From: Amoebophrya sp. A120
Lineage: Eukaryota > Protista > Dinoflagellata
Assembly (NCBI GenBank): GCA_905178155.1
Contig: CAJINV010000014.1
Location: 1,229,858-1,293,857, forward strand
Reading direction: 5' to 3'
DNA length: 64,000 bases
Part shown: positions 12,855-24,531 of the stretch, one piece after another
Layout: every line of letters begins with the position of its first letter
How positions within the stretch are numbered: the stretch's first letter is position 1
Program-made: the position numbers and the translations under genes
Notes under the pieces: generated by a model
What the model saw: only the letters and a program-made list of their open reading frames with translations
Database searches by the model: none
What the model was told of the DNA's origin: nothing

Positions 12855-15025
12855 ATGGCGCTGTACGCGGACAACAGTAACACTACCAATTACAACATAA
12901 AGCACACGCGACAATGTTGCGTCTTTGTCGGGAACATCAGTTACGAGTGCACCGAGGAGAATCTGACGCAGATTTTCCATATCAAATGTAAAAATGTCTG
13001 AGTCTGGAAGAGTCATGCTGTTTTTGCATGACACAGAAGGTCTGGCATGGAAGCTCTAGCATCACAGGTTTCGAGAACCTTCCGCAATGCCGAATCCGCA
13101 TGACAAGTCCCCTATTTTGCTGGCAAAAAGTGGGAGCTTTTGCTACTTATGCATGAGAGACTTTTCTGTGTTCTGAAATACGCATTACAAGTTGCATTCT
13201 TCCAGACCCAGACATTTTTACATTTGGTATTCCAGCGCTGCGGGGCGGTGCACCAGTTCAAAATTTTGAAAGAAAAATATGGCGTTCTCAACTGTTACAT
13301 TCTCAAGTGTTACATGGATTTGTCATGCAAGAATGGGAAAAGTGAAAGGGGGGAGGTTGCATCTGTAGCATTACAAATTTCGAACAGATTTGGGTGCTGT
13401 TTAGCCATTCGCAAATTTGTTATGCGAAGCAGCTTGATCGTGTGGATCTTGATGATCATTTTGCATGACAAATCATGTAACAGTTGAGAATGTAACGTTT
13501 GAGAACGCCATAAAAAAGACGCCAAGACGCACAAGGGCTACGGGTTTTGCGAATTCAAGGACCCAGAAAGTGCGGAGCTCTGCACCAGGACCATGAACGG
13601 CGTGGAGTGCTATGGGCGGCCCTTAAGAATCGACACGGCCGACGTGGATGTCAAGACGTTGGAAATGCTCGGCGCCACGCGGCAGAGGGACTTCTTGGAA
13701 CTGCAGTCACAAATGGTCGGCGTGCATGAGGTAGGATTTATGCAAAATTTATGCTGCAACAAATACAAAAGTATGTGTATGCACTTCGAGTTTCTATTGG
13801 TGCTGTTCGCATGAATTGGTCTTGTTCGTAAATTCTTTACAAAAAATTGTTGCAGCTGGTGCATCTTCACTTTTGCATTAGACCGAATTATCCGCACGTT
13901 GAAACCGAAAGACAAAAAATGAACAAGGTGAATTACCAAGCCGAGGTGTCCGGGTTGATATCGACCCTGGCGACTTCCGAAGTGTTTTCAGCGCTGGCCC
14001 ACATGCAGCGGCTGGTGAAGAACAACGCCGAGGAGGCGCGCGCAATGCTGACCAAACACCCCGGGCTCGCGCACGCGATGCTGCACGCCCAGTTTCTCGC
14101 CGGGATGCATTCGAAGCCCATGCACTGCATGACCAAGAAGGAGATTGACCAGGCGAACTGGGAAAACCGCATCTCCCCGGGTAGTAACGGGAAGAACGGA
14201 CACACGGGCGGGTCGTACGCTAGCAACCACTACAACCAGCACGGGATGAACCACAACAACCGAGGGGGAATGAACAACAATCGCGGGGGTGGAGGACACC
14301 AGCCGCACAGTACAACTAGCGGCGCAGCAGGAGCTGCGTATGGCGACCGAGACCGAGATCATTACAATCGAAATCAGCAGAACTACAACAACAGTTCCTC
14401 ATCCGCCGGTGGAATGATGACGAGTAGAGACAGGCCAAACAACTACCCCTCCTCCTCCGGAAACCAACCCATCAACTTCTCGGACATCCAAAACCAGGAT
14501 CCGAGCGGCTACTCCGCCAGCAGACAAAACAGCACCAGCAACCCGAACAGCGCACGCGGAAACAAGGGGGACAACGAGATGACTGGAGGAGCTAGCAGCG
14601 CGAATCAAGCTTCGAATCAAGCTTCGATGAAGGATACCTGGAGGTATAGATACATGGCATAATGCTGGTCGGAACTATCAAGAACAATGCATGAACTAGT
14701 TTTAATATTCGGCTTGGACTCTCTTCAAAGTATCATTATCATAGAGGACAGTGACGTTTTTGTTTTCGATTTTTTTTTTCGTTTTCTTCGTAAAGCAATT
14801 CCGAATGATATATATCTATCAATCAGGTACGAAGACGCCCTCGCCTACAAGGGCAAGGGTTCTTCCGGCATGAGCGCCAATTTCACAAATGCGACCGGGG
14901 CCGGTTATTACGACGATTATGCGTCGTACGCGAGCTGGTACGGCAAGGGCGGCGGGTATGGCAAAGGCGGGGGATACGGCCGGTACGCCCCCTACGACAT
15001 GAATCGGGTTCGAAGAGTAGGATAA
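12855..15025 (+). CDS. CSTF2: Cleavage stimulation factor 64 kDa subunit (CstF-64/Rna15-like): RRM plus hinge domain. Exons approx 12855-12979, 13235-13277, 13518-13730, 13856-14643, 14827-15025
   Basis: Reconstructed RRM VFVGNISYECTEENLTQIFQ|RCGAVHQFKILKEK|DAKTHKGYGFCEFKDPESAELCTRTMNGVECYGRPLRIDTA and hinge LAHMQRLVKNNAEEARAMLTKHPGLAHAMLHAQ match the CstF-64 pattern. Third intron boundaries are ambiguous; the last intron is GT-AG 14644-14826. Confidence 0.9.
12980..13229. mobile_element. Family-A TIR/DR element, 250 bp, DR ttcca
   Basis: ttcca|tatcaaatgtaaaaatgtctgagtctggaag...cttccagacccagacatttttacatttggta|ttcca; removal restores the RRM. Confidence 0.92.
13278..13512. mobile_element. Family-B TIR/DR element, 235 bp, DR aaaaa
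   Basis: aaaaa|tatggcgttctcaactgttacattctcaa...ttgagaatgtaacgtttgagaacgccata|aaaaa; ~50-bp TIR; removal restores the RRM before RNP1 KGYGF. Confidence 0.92.
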
Positions 15026-15531
15026 AGCAGTATAACATCGATTTTTGGCAGGACGGAACTGCTGACATTTCAAAAAGTGAGAGAGAGAGCTCGTCTCGCC
15101 GGCCTCAAAAGCGACACCGCAAGTTTGTCCGTTCCTTCACTTGCGCACGTCTGAAGGAAAAAGCGCTCTGAGATAAAACTTGTGCTCAGTAAAACAGATG
15201 ACCGAGGAGAGGCACAACCTGTTTCCTGGTCTCGAGCGCGCGCTATACACCCTTGTAAGTATAAGTACCCAATAAGTATTGAAATCAAGCGACATCACGA
15301 TCCTTTTCAGCGATCAGTTTTACTCGTCGACGACGGGATAGGATCATTAAAAGGTACAGCGACTGAATCTGAATGTTTCTGTACTTAAAAATGTACGGTA
15401 AGAACGGTTTGCTATCCAAATTTACTTCATTTTGTTCGAGTCGATATTCGTAGACAGCACTCATCTCATCTTCAAAGAGCCGAAGCACAACAGGAACCAA
15501 AACGATCAACACTGCAAACCAAGCGCACGAG

Positions 15532-18500
15532 GTGCCGCCTCTTCGTGCCGTAGGAGTTCTAGCGCTGTTCTTGGTCCTCGGTGCATGGGTCTGGATCTCC
15601 GGCTTCGACTTTCGAGAGAATCGGTTTTCAGTGCAAAAGTCAGCTGTGTCTAGCTATCAGTGTCTTTCTTGTCGTCTTCTCACAATTCACACAGGCGTTG
15701 AAGCTCAGTCGGTTGCCCGATCTCCCTCTCCTTGGAGCCGAACTTCTTGCACGGGAAACGTAACTACGTCCTCGACCACGCTCAGCCGCATCGGTTTAGA
15801 TTCTGGAGGAAGAGAGTGCTTCTGTGTTTGTGTTGGCGAAGTACTCATGAACGACGGCGGGGAAGAAACAGGAGCGACGCGACCGTTCACGGCGGGCAAT
15901 CATGAAAAACAAGTCTTGGACAGCCGTCGCCTCGGTGTTTTAACTCGACCAGCGCGCGGAATTGAGGCTATCAGGGCAACAGGCTCGTTGTCGGTCTGGT
16001 ACCCTCGGGCGCCAACTTGCACATCAAAGCCGCTCAGCACGTGGACGTCTTTACCTTCCCAGCAAAAGATATCAGTGTCCAGATACCCAGTGGCGCTCTT
16101 GCACCGAGTGCGAGTATGGGCGTGCGAACCGGCACGGAAAGACGATGGAGCGAGGCGTGACGAGCCACGAGCTGCGCTGGCGGATGGCGTCAGTATCTGT
16201 GTATTATCTCGACCAGAGCACGGGGGATGTGATCTGCAGCCACATAGCACATCACACCAAAGGGTGCTCGGGTCTCGTTCTTCCGCCCATAACTGCAGTG
16301 ACGAGAAGCGATGCCTAGATCGCTGGATGAACGAAGGCACGGGTAGAAGAAGAACGAGAAAGATCGCCTCGAAAACGGGCCACGAGTTCAAATGTCGACT
16401 GGGGATGGCCACTAACGCGCACTGGAAATCACCAACAGGACACGAAGGTCCTCTGCAGTGCAACTGGATCTGGAGCGTGCGTTGCGGCGTGGTTGTTGAC
16501 GGGAATTGGTGCACGGTAAAGCAGGAACAGATGGTGGGAAGACGTGGTATCTTTTGTCTAATTCGACCAGAGCGCGGAGGTCGTGATCTGCGCATCGCAT
16601 GCACATCACGCGAAAGCGAGTTCGGGTCTCGTTTTTCCAATAATCCGAACGTCCTGGGCGGAGCAGCAAGCGGAGAAGCTGCGCTTGATAGCACTAGAAG
16701 GCGGGCCTCGTGCTCACGTGGACTGTCATCTGCGACGTGCGCCATGATGCTGAGAAAGGTGTTGAAAATTGGGCACGACATGACCGCACAGCCGCAATAC
16801 ACATTACCACCTTCGCCAAAAATTCGGGTCAGGGCGGCTTCCTCTACGGTGGGAAAAAGAGGAAGCGCCCTAGCAGGTGCCCTAGTATGTTTGTTTCCCC
16901 CCTGCATAGCGTTACAGCAAACATCTCTCGTGCCTGGTGATGGTGTCATGGTGGACTATCGTTGTTGCCCCGTCTCGTCCCGAAACTGTAACCTGCAGGT
17001 TCACGCAGCATTGCCGCCTACAAGGTTGAAACGGATGCCCGAGGAGTGCAGCATGGGAAAACGAAGTATAGCGCGCGGCGCTGGTCTTGCAGACGAAGTA
17101 CAACACGAGCGGAAACCACATGTCTGCTTGCAGGACCTCGCGTTATTATCCCCACGGGTGGCGAAGTGCAAGCGTGTTTGCAGAGACGCACTACGAGGAA
17201 GGCGACAAACCCAGAACTGCAGCCCCGACAATAATCCGTCTTTCTGCATCATGTTTGACTCCAATGTACAACACAAAAGCCCGATTATTATCGGGTCGCA
17301 AGTTCTGGATTTGTGGGGGCAGCACGTGAGAAGGTGGCGCCTGGAGCTAGATAGCCAAACTGCAGACGCTTGCTGGCCGGACATTCACGGACACCGCAGG
17401 GGAAATGATGGAAAGACGGTGGGCTGCAGCCTGGGGAAGCGAGCGTTCAAGTGTGCTGTAGGTCTGCTAGATGAAGCACAGCACGAGCGGGGTTCATCAA
17501 TTTGCGCGCATGGAGGTGGTCGGGCTTGCCTATCTCCACGACCAATTTGCCGTCCCGCTAGCGAAACCTGCCGAATAGTGTCCGTATCCCGCCGCCCTAT
17601 TTCTTACGTTTTAAGCTTATGCTCGGGTCGGAATTTGTCAAATCGGGCTCATAGCATCGGCGGAAGTAGGACATCAAACCCGATGCACCATCATAGCAGG
17701 TGGGGGCTAAGCGTTGACCTGCAATGCGTCGCAGCGTGCTCGCGCTCTTGTTCCGCGGGTGGCTTGGCTGTCGGAGACTTGGCCAGCAGATGGAGGACTT
17801 GTGGCGATGGTCTTGCAGATGAGGCACAACACGAGCGGAGGCCGGCTATCTTCTTGCAGGGGGGCGGCCGTGTATCATTATCTCCCCGAGCTGACGGCCG
17901 TCTCTCCCACTCTAAAGCGAGTTCATGCTCTTGTTCCGCGGGTGGTATGGCTGGCGGCGACGTGGCCAGCAGATCCAGGAGGAGTGGCGAAACCGGTTTC
18001 GCACATGAAGCACAACGCGAGCGGAAACCGGGCATCTGCTTACAGGGAGGCGACCGTAGACTATTAACCCCCCGAGCTGACGGCCGTCTCTCCCTCTCCA
18101 GCGGTAGCACCAGCAGCGCGGACCTGGAGGATGCAGCAGCCATGGTTGGCGAGCGACAACGACGCACAACGCGAGCGGAATTTGATGATGTAATGGCGTC
18201 GCTCGTGCACCGCAGGCGGAGACCTCAACTCGACTCACAGTGCGCCGCAACGCGACCAGGCTCTTGTTCCGCGGGTGGCATGGCTGTTATCTTGAATTCA
18301 CACGAACCAGAACAAGGAGAGGATGGTTTGCCAGCGCCACAACAAGGTAAACCATCCGGGAGCTTGTTCGGGTCAAATTTTTCCCACCATACCGGCGCCG
18401 ACGTCGCAAGCAGCAATCCCGGCCCTTTTGCAGTAGTGAAGCCGAGATTGGGATTAGAAGACCCACGCCTCACGTCATGTGCAGATACAGCGGAGGGTGA

Positions 18501-21500
18501 GAATGTGCAGCTTCGCAACGAGCACCGCATGACCACCGAAAAGGACAAGGAGGCCCCTGCCCTAGATCGTAGAGAAGGGACGGCGCCGCAGCGGAGCTTC
18601 TTCTGCGTCTCGCCGCTCCTCTTGGCGGAGTATGTTTGGCCGGAACGGCGACCCCACCAACGGCAAAAAGTGCCAGCGCAGTGGTATCGACACTACTGTC
18701 ACCTACAGCAGCTCCAGTGCAGAATGCCGCGGCTCTTCAAGTTCTTCCTGCGCTGTCTACCCATGCTTACCCTGTTGCGCAACGCGATAGTGGTGACTAC
18801 CCATGAGTATAAGTTGCTGCAGGACTGGCTGCAGTATGGAGATGCCGATGGAACAGCAGATGCGATGCGGCACCACCGCCCCACCATGGCGGACAAGTGG
18901 CATCGGTGCGAGGGTGTCGCGGATGGAAAAGTAAAGCTATCAAGGGTGCTTCGGAGCATTCGGGCTGTTTACAGACGTATAGACCAACGACAGCCGCGGC
19001 CATTGTCGCGGGGGGGCGCATGGATGGGATCGCGGTTACCGTCCACAAAACGGCTACAGCAGAGGGCATCTTCATGGCGGCGCGCGAATCGATTGGAAAA
19101 AATTCAAAGGCGAAGAGCCCGTCTTCAAAACGAACGAAGAGCACAAGCGGAAAACGGAAGAGTCCAGATGGAGAGCACGCTCTTGGTGTTAAGACGGGCG
19201 GCGCGCGGGGTGGTTGCTTGGGTATTTTCGCAAAAGGACACAGCTTACCGGGTGATAGACGCAGGTCACCAGGCGGCGCGACGCGTGGTACTGGTGTTTG
19301 GCTCACACAAGCATGTGAGGACGCGAACTCTAGTTCGCCAGCCGGTGGAGGTTTCGGGACAGCGTACACAGGGCGCGCACGAACAAGCTGCAGCAGCATC
19401 CCTTGTACCAGGTAGCCACCCAGTGGCGCAAGAACATAGCAAGCCAGCAAAGCACGACGCGGAAGCCTCTTTGAGGCAGTGCAACCGGACGAAGAAAAAG
19501 GAGGAGCGGCCTACCACTGAAGGAAAACTAAGAGGGGCCGTGGCGGCTGCGGTAGGGAATCTCCACGGCGCTAACCCCCAGCACAAAAACAAGAAAAAGA
19601 AGAAAAGCAGGAGCGTAGCTTTACCAGTATACCGCGCCCATAGGAGCACGCCACCTGCGCCAAAACCTTCAAACAGCACGAAGACCAGAAAGCTCGCGGA
19701 CGAACAGGAAGAGAAGGATCGCGCTGAGCTAATAGCAGGAACAGTTCTGGGCGGCTTCATCAGTAGGCCCCTAGACGAGGTGAACAAGGACCAACAGGAG
19801 AAGGCCAAGGCGGCGCGCGAAGAGGATAGAGACGGGCATGATGGCAATGGTCCAGAACGCCAGCAGCCGGAGCAGAACCAAGACCACCAGAGCCATGACC
19901 TTTTTCCAGATCGGGCGCAGGACAAGGGCCGTGAAGCTTTCCCCGGCCACCGGAGACGGCGCGTCGCCTCCGTGAACATGCGTAGCAGCGGGCAAGAGTC
20001 GCCGCGATTTCAGCATATACTAAGGGCTGCGGGGGTAAACGGCTGGGGAGTAGTGTTACTAAACGAATTCGAGTACAGCCGGAAGGACTTGAGGGAAGAG
20101 ATTGAGGTCTTGAAGTTCCAAGCCGCGGCGCGCGGAGGCGTGAACCCTGGCGAGGCTGGCGCGGACGTTGACATGGAGTTACCAGACGACAACGGACAGA
20201 ACCACGAAGCGGAGGCGCACGCACTCGAAGCGCTTGAGGTCATGGAAGAGAACGAAGAAGAGGAACGGGCGGTGGGTGCGATGCACTTCGGCAAACACGG
20301 CTTCCAGTGGATTACGCATAACAAATTCCATCTGCTGTATGCAAATGGTGTGGGCATCTTGGTGCTGGATCATGATTTACGCCACCAAATCGAAAAAGGA
20401 AAACTATGGCGGCAGACCTCCGACGCGGTGCGCTCCCGTCCGCGTGTTCTTTCCCTGTTTTTGGATGAAGAGATCTACGTTTCGGTTTACTCGCCAACAG
20501 CGGGCGCACCACTGGAAGAGCGCGAGGCGTTTAACGCTGAAGTGGCGGGCGCGGTGCGGGAAGCGCAAAAAATGAAGCAGCACAAGTGGAAAACGAAGAT
20601 TGTAGGCGGCGACTGGAACAGCCAAGTGGGCGCAACCATATTCGGCGAAACCCCAATACACGGAGGGAAGGGGCCGGCGTTGTCGTCCCCGAGCGGCAGG
20701 AAGCTGGGCGCGAACCTGCTTGCCCTGAACATGGCACTCCCCGGAACCTACGAAAACCAGGGCCAGCATGGGACCCATGACGCAGGAAATGAGGTGGATT
20801 TCTTTGCCGTGCCAGGCCCCCAGCTGCAAAAGGTGCGGCAGTATCGGCGCTTCGACGTCAATGGGATAACGAAAGAAGGGAAAACGTGGTCTCCGCGACG
20901 ATTTGACCATAAGGCGATTGAGATGGACGTAGACGTCAAGACGAAGGGGAGATTAGTAGAAGAAGGGGAACTGCGACGCTTGGCCACGTTTGGAATTTTG
21001 GAAGACCCAGGAGAAGACCAGGTCGCATATTTCAACCACGACTTAGCAAAAAGGGTGGCGGCGAGAGGAGGGGCGGAGCAGTTTACGCTTGAAGATGTCC
21101 AAGATTTTTTGAAGTCGCACATGCCCCATTTTGTCGGTAAAGTGAAGAAGCAGCTGCCGGGCAGTGACGTGGAGAAATTTCTGGAAGATGGAAAGAAGCG
21201 CAATGAAATGTGGCGAGTTTTCAGAGAGTTCGACCTGGCGAAGGTCGACCGGGTCTGCGCAATAACCCCGAAACAAGCGATGGACAAGTATCACGAGGTG
21301 GGCAACAGTCCTATGCATGCAGATCTGGAGCAGCTACCGATAGCGGAACACCTTCCCGAGCTTGTGCCCAAACTCACGCCGGAGGAAATTGCATCACTGG
21401 ACGAGGAAATAAAGCAGGACGAGTTCGAGCAGGTGGCCAGGGCGTTACGGAGGGGCGGAAAGGCGCGGGACGTCTTCGGGCTGCAGGCAGGAATCTTTAA

Positions 21501-24195
21501 GTTTCTGGATGACAGTTCCGCCACATTGCTGACGCAGGTCCTGAACAAGGAACTAAAAAATCGGAAGCTATCGGAGCTACGCGCGGATCTACACCTCTGC
21601 AAGGACGTGCCCTTGTACAAGAAGGGAGACCCGAAAGACCCGGACAATTATCGCTATTTGGTTATCAGTCCGCTCTTGTTGAAATTCTGCACGAAGTTGT
21701 ACAGCGACCGGCTGTATAGTTTACTGGAGTCCAAAGGGTATTTCTGTCCAACACAGTACGGCTTCCGGAGCGCGCGGGGCACATTGGAGTCGATCATGGT
21801 TTTCAATAGGATCCGCGAGGACTTGGGCCACTACTCCCACCATAGGTCGTCTAAGGTACTGAGTACCTTAGTCGACCTCCGGAAAGCCTTCCCTTCGTTA
21901 AACTGGAGACTGGTGACGGGCGTCATGACTTGCCTGGGAATCGAAGAAAGCACATGCTGGCAAATCATAAACAGTTCGCACAGGCATGCGGTCCACCAGT
22001 TTCATGACCAAGAGACCGGCATACCAGGGGACAGCTTCACCCTTACGCATGGAACAAAGGAGGGCTGTGTGTCGTCGCCGCTGGTGTTTCTGATAAGCTA
22101 TACGGCGGTCCTCCGATATTATCGCAAACTTCTGCAGGGAAACGGGGCTGAAGAGCTCAAGGGGGTCCGGCTTTACTCGCGGGAATCGACTTGGCACATG
22201 CCGCGCGTAGATAAGCTGCACGAAATTTTCGCCGGAAGCCCCCCAGAAGACGAAGACGAGACCACGGAGATTGATCATATTCGGGACCTCTTGTTCGCGG
22301 ACGACACCACCCTACTGGAGCACATGACTACCGAAGAGCTGACGGAATTCGTGCGGCTCAATGCAGCACTAGTGGCGGAAGACCTTGCTCCAGAAGAATC
22401 CGACGCGATGAAGCTCCTAACCAAGGCCCTACACGCGGCGGGTTGCAGCGAAAACGAGACGAAGAGATACAGCAACGACATCACCAAGATCGCGGTGCGT
22501 AATCTAGGCGCGTGGACGGATCCGGTGGAAGACGTTCGACAAAAAAGGCGAAAGGCTTGGACAGCATACAACAAACTGCGCGGCAAAATGAGTGGGGTGT
22601 CCAACCTCCACAACGAGCGACGCGGGTCCTTGATCGTCATTATGATTCGCAGCATCTTTCTCTATGGCTTGGCGGCGCGATACGTCGGACCCGAGGAAAT
22701 TCGGGCACTGGAACGGGAAGAGCTGATCATGATGCAGCGCATTCAGGACCTGCCATGGTGGGAGCGAATTTTACAAAAGAAAAGCGCGTCGGAACTGCGG
22801 AGGACGCTAAAAGTTCCACCCCTGGCGGCCCATTTGAAATACCTGCAAATGAGATTTCTGGGACACGTTCTGCGAAGTGATAGCGACGACATCACGAGGA
22901 GGGCACTTGTCGGGCAGTTCCTTCCGATCCTCCACAACCGAACCGGCCCAGGAGGGGACCAGCGAGAGCGGTTCATCAGCTCAAGGGCAGAGATCTACCG
23001 AACGGTGAAGGACCTCAAGGAGGTAGACGCAAAGCTTCGGCGAATAGGATCGTACCTGGGTGAGTCGCTGAGCCACCTCGCCACCAGCTGCAACATGCCG
23101 GTGGAGCTGGTCCAACTGTTGACGGAGAATAGGAAGAAGACAGAACAGCGGCGACCAGAAGGACTTGCAGGGGGGACAACGCTTTATGCAGTGAACAAAA
23201 AACTCTTTCACTCGATGACGCGGTGGGCACTCATAAGAGAAACGGCACAGGATTGGGCGTGTGGAGACGAGCAGCAGCGGGCTGAGTACGAAGAGGAGCT
23301 CGCTGTCAGATACTTTGGAACACCAGGCGAAACCGAGACGCGTGCGGAGATGGTGAAGCGAGTCCTTGAAGAAAATCCGGACGCACAGCCAGCGGACATA
23401 GAGTACAGCCCCCCGATGGGAATGCCGGAAGTCGTGCAGAGTTTGGCCGCGGGCGGAGAGTGCTTATGGAGCGGAGAGATTGTGACAGGCATGACGAGCT
23501 GGGGCACAACGAGAGAAGGCATGACGCCGGAGCTTCGGGACCACTTGCAAGGGCATCACCCCAAACGCACCCCCACGAGCATTCCCTTAAAGCAAGAGAT
23601 CTGCAGGAAGTCAGCGCAGTTTAATGCAGAACAAGACGCGGAGTTGAGGCGTGAAATTATCGAGAGAAACTCCGACATACTGCGCGACAAAATGGCGCGG
23701 GGCCCACGGGCCAACGTAAAAAAGATATTCTGCAAAAAATGCGAGTTAATGTACAGCTCGACAGCCGGAGCCATGGAGAAGCATGCTCAAAATCATAGAG
23801 ACAATAGCTATATACGAATTGGGCGCAAAAAGAACAACAATGGCGAAGCAGTAGGCGAGTACAGACCGGAGCAGCATCTGTGGAACCAGTGGACCGGGCG
23901 ATACTACTTTGGCTCTGATGCAAAGGGCTGGAAGAACATAATCCCGCGCGACGCACTTCACAAGGACCGGGCTGGCTGCGAGTACCTACGCTGTAGGAAG
24001 TGCAAAACGTACAAGATCCTTTTCAACCACGACCAGAAGACCGAGCGACTTCACAACCACGCCGAATCGATCAAAATCAGCCGCATGGTGGCGCATGAAG
24101 CTGCCTGCAAGCCAAAAGCGAAGGAGACCAAGAAGGACACGAGGAAAGCACCGATGAAAAAATTGATGAAAGCAGTTCTAGTGCGAAAGAGTTAG
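15532..24195 (+). mobile_element. Non-LTR retrotransposon (LINE), single 2887-aa ORF: long N-terminal extension, APE endonuclease (~19960-20930), reverse transcriptase (~21450-22700), RTE-like thumb motif, C-terminal C2H2/C2HC-like Zn fingers
   Basis: APE motifs VASVNMR, VLLNE, GVGILV, SVYSPT, GGDWNSQVG, EVDFF, FDHKAI. RT motifs PLYKKGDPKDPDNYR, QYGFR, VDLRKAFPS, GTKEGCVSSPLVF, LFADDT, RNLG. Then RFLGHVLR, CKKC..HAQNH and CRKC..HEAAC. Confidence 0.93.
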
Positions 24196-24385
24196 TGGGA
24201 TCGAGAGCGGACTTGTCTCGATCCCCCTGTTGGGAATTACTACTACTACATACTGATCCATGAGCAAAAAGAGAGCGAAAGACCACGAGGGATGATCCGG
24301 AAGAGCTCAAGCAGGGCCTTGAACGACCTTTGACGCCACGCCACGGCCGACTAAGAAAGAGGGAGCGCTTGTTCTTTTTACTGTT

Positions 24386-24426
24386 GCTTCTTTTGTGTTT
24401 GTTCTCTCTTCCCGCACTTACAATAG
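24386..24426 (+). repeat. ~41-bp pyrimidine-rich motif ending in AG, copy 1
   Basis: gcttcttttgtgtttgttctctcttcccgcacttacaatag; near-identical copy at 26507-26561. Confidence 0.75.
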
Positions 24427-24531
24427 TGTTTTGGAGCTTTTCATAGATACCTCATCGATCGCGTGACAGAGCACGAGTCGGATTTCGTGTGAGCCAGACC
24501 TGTCGGCTCCGGCCGCAACAAGAATTTCACC

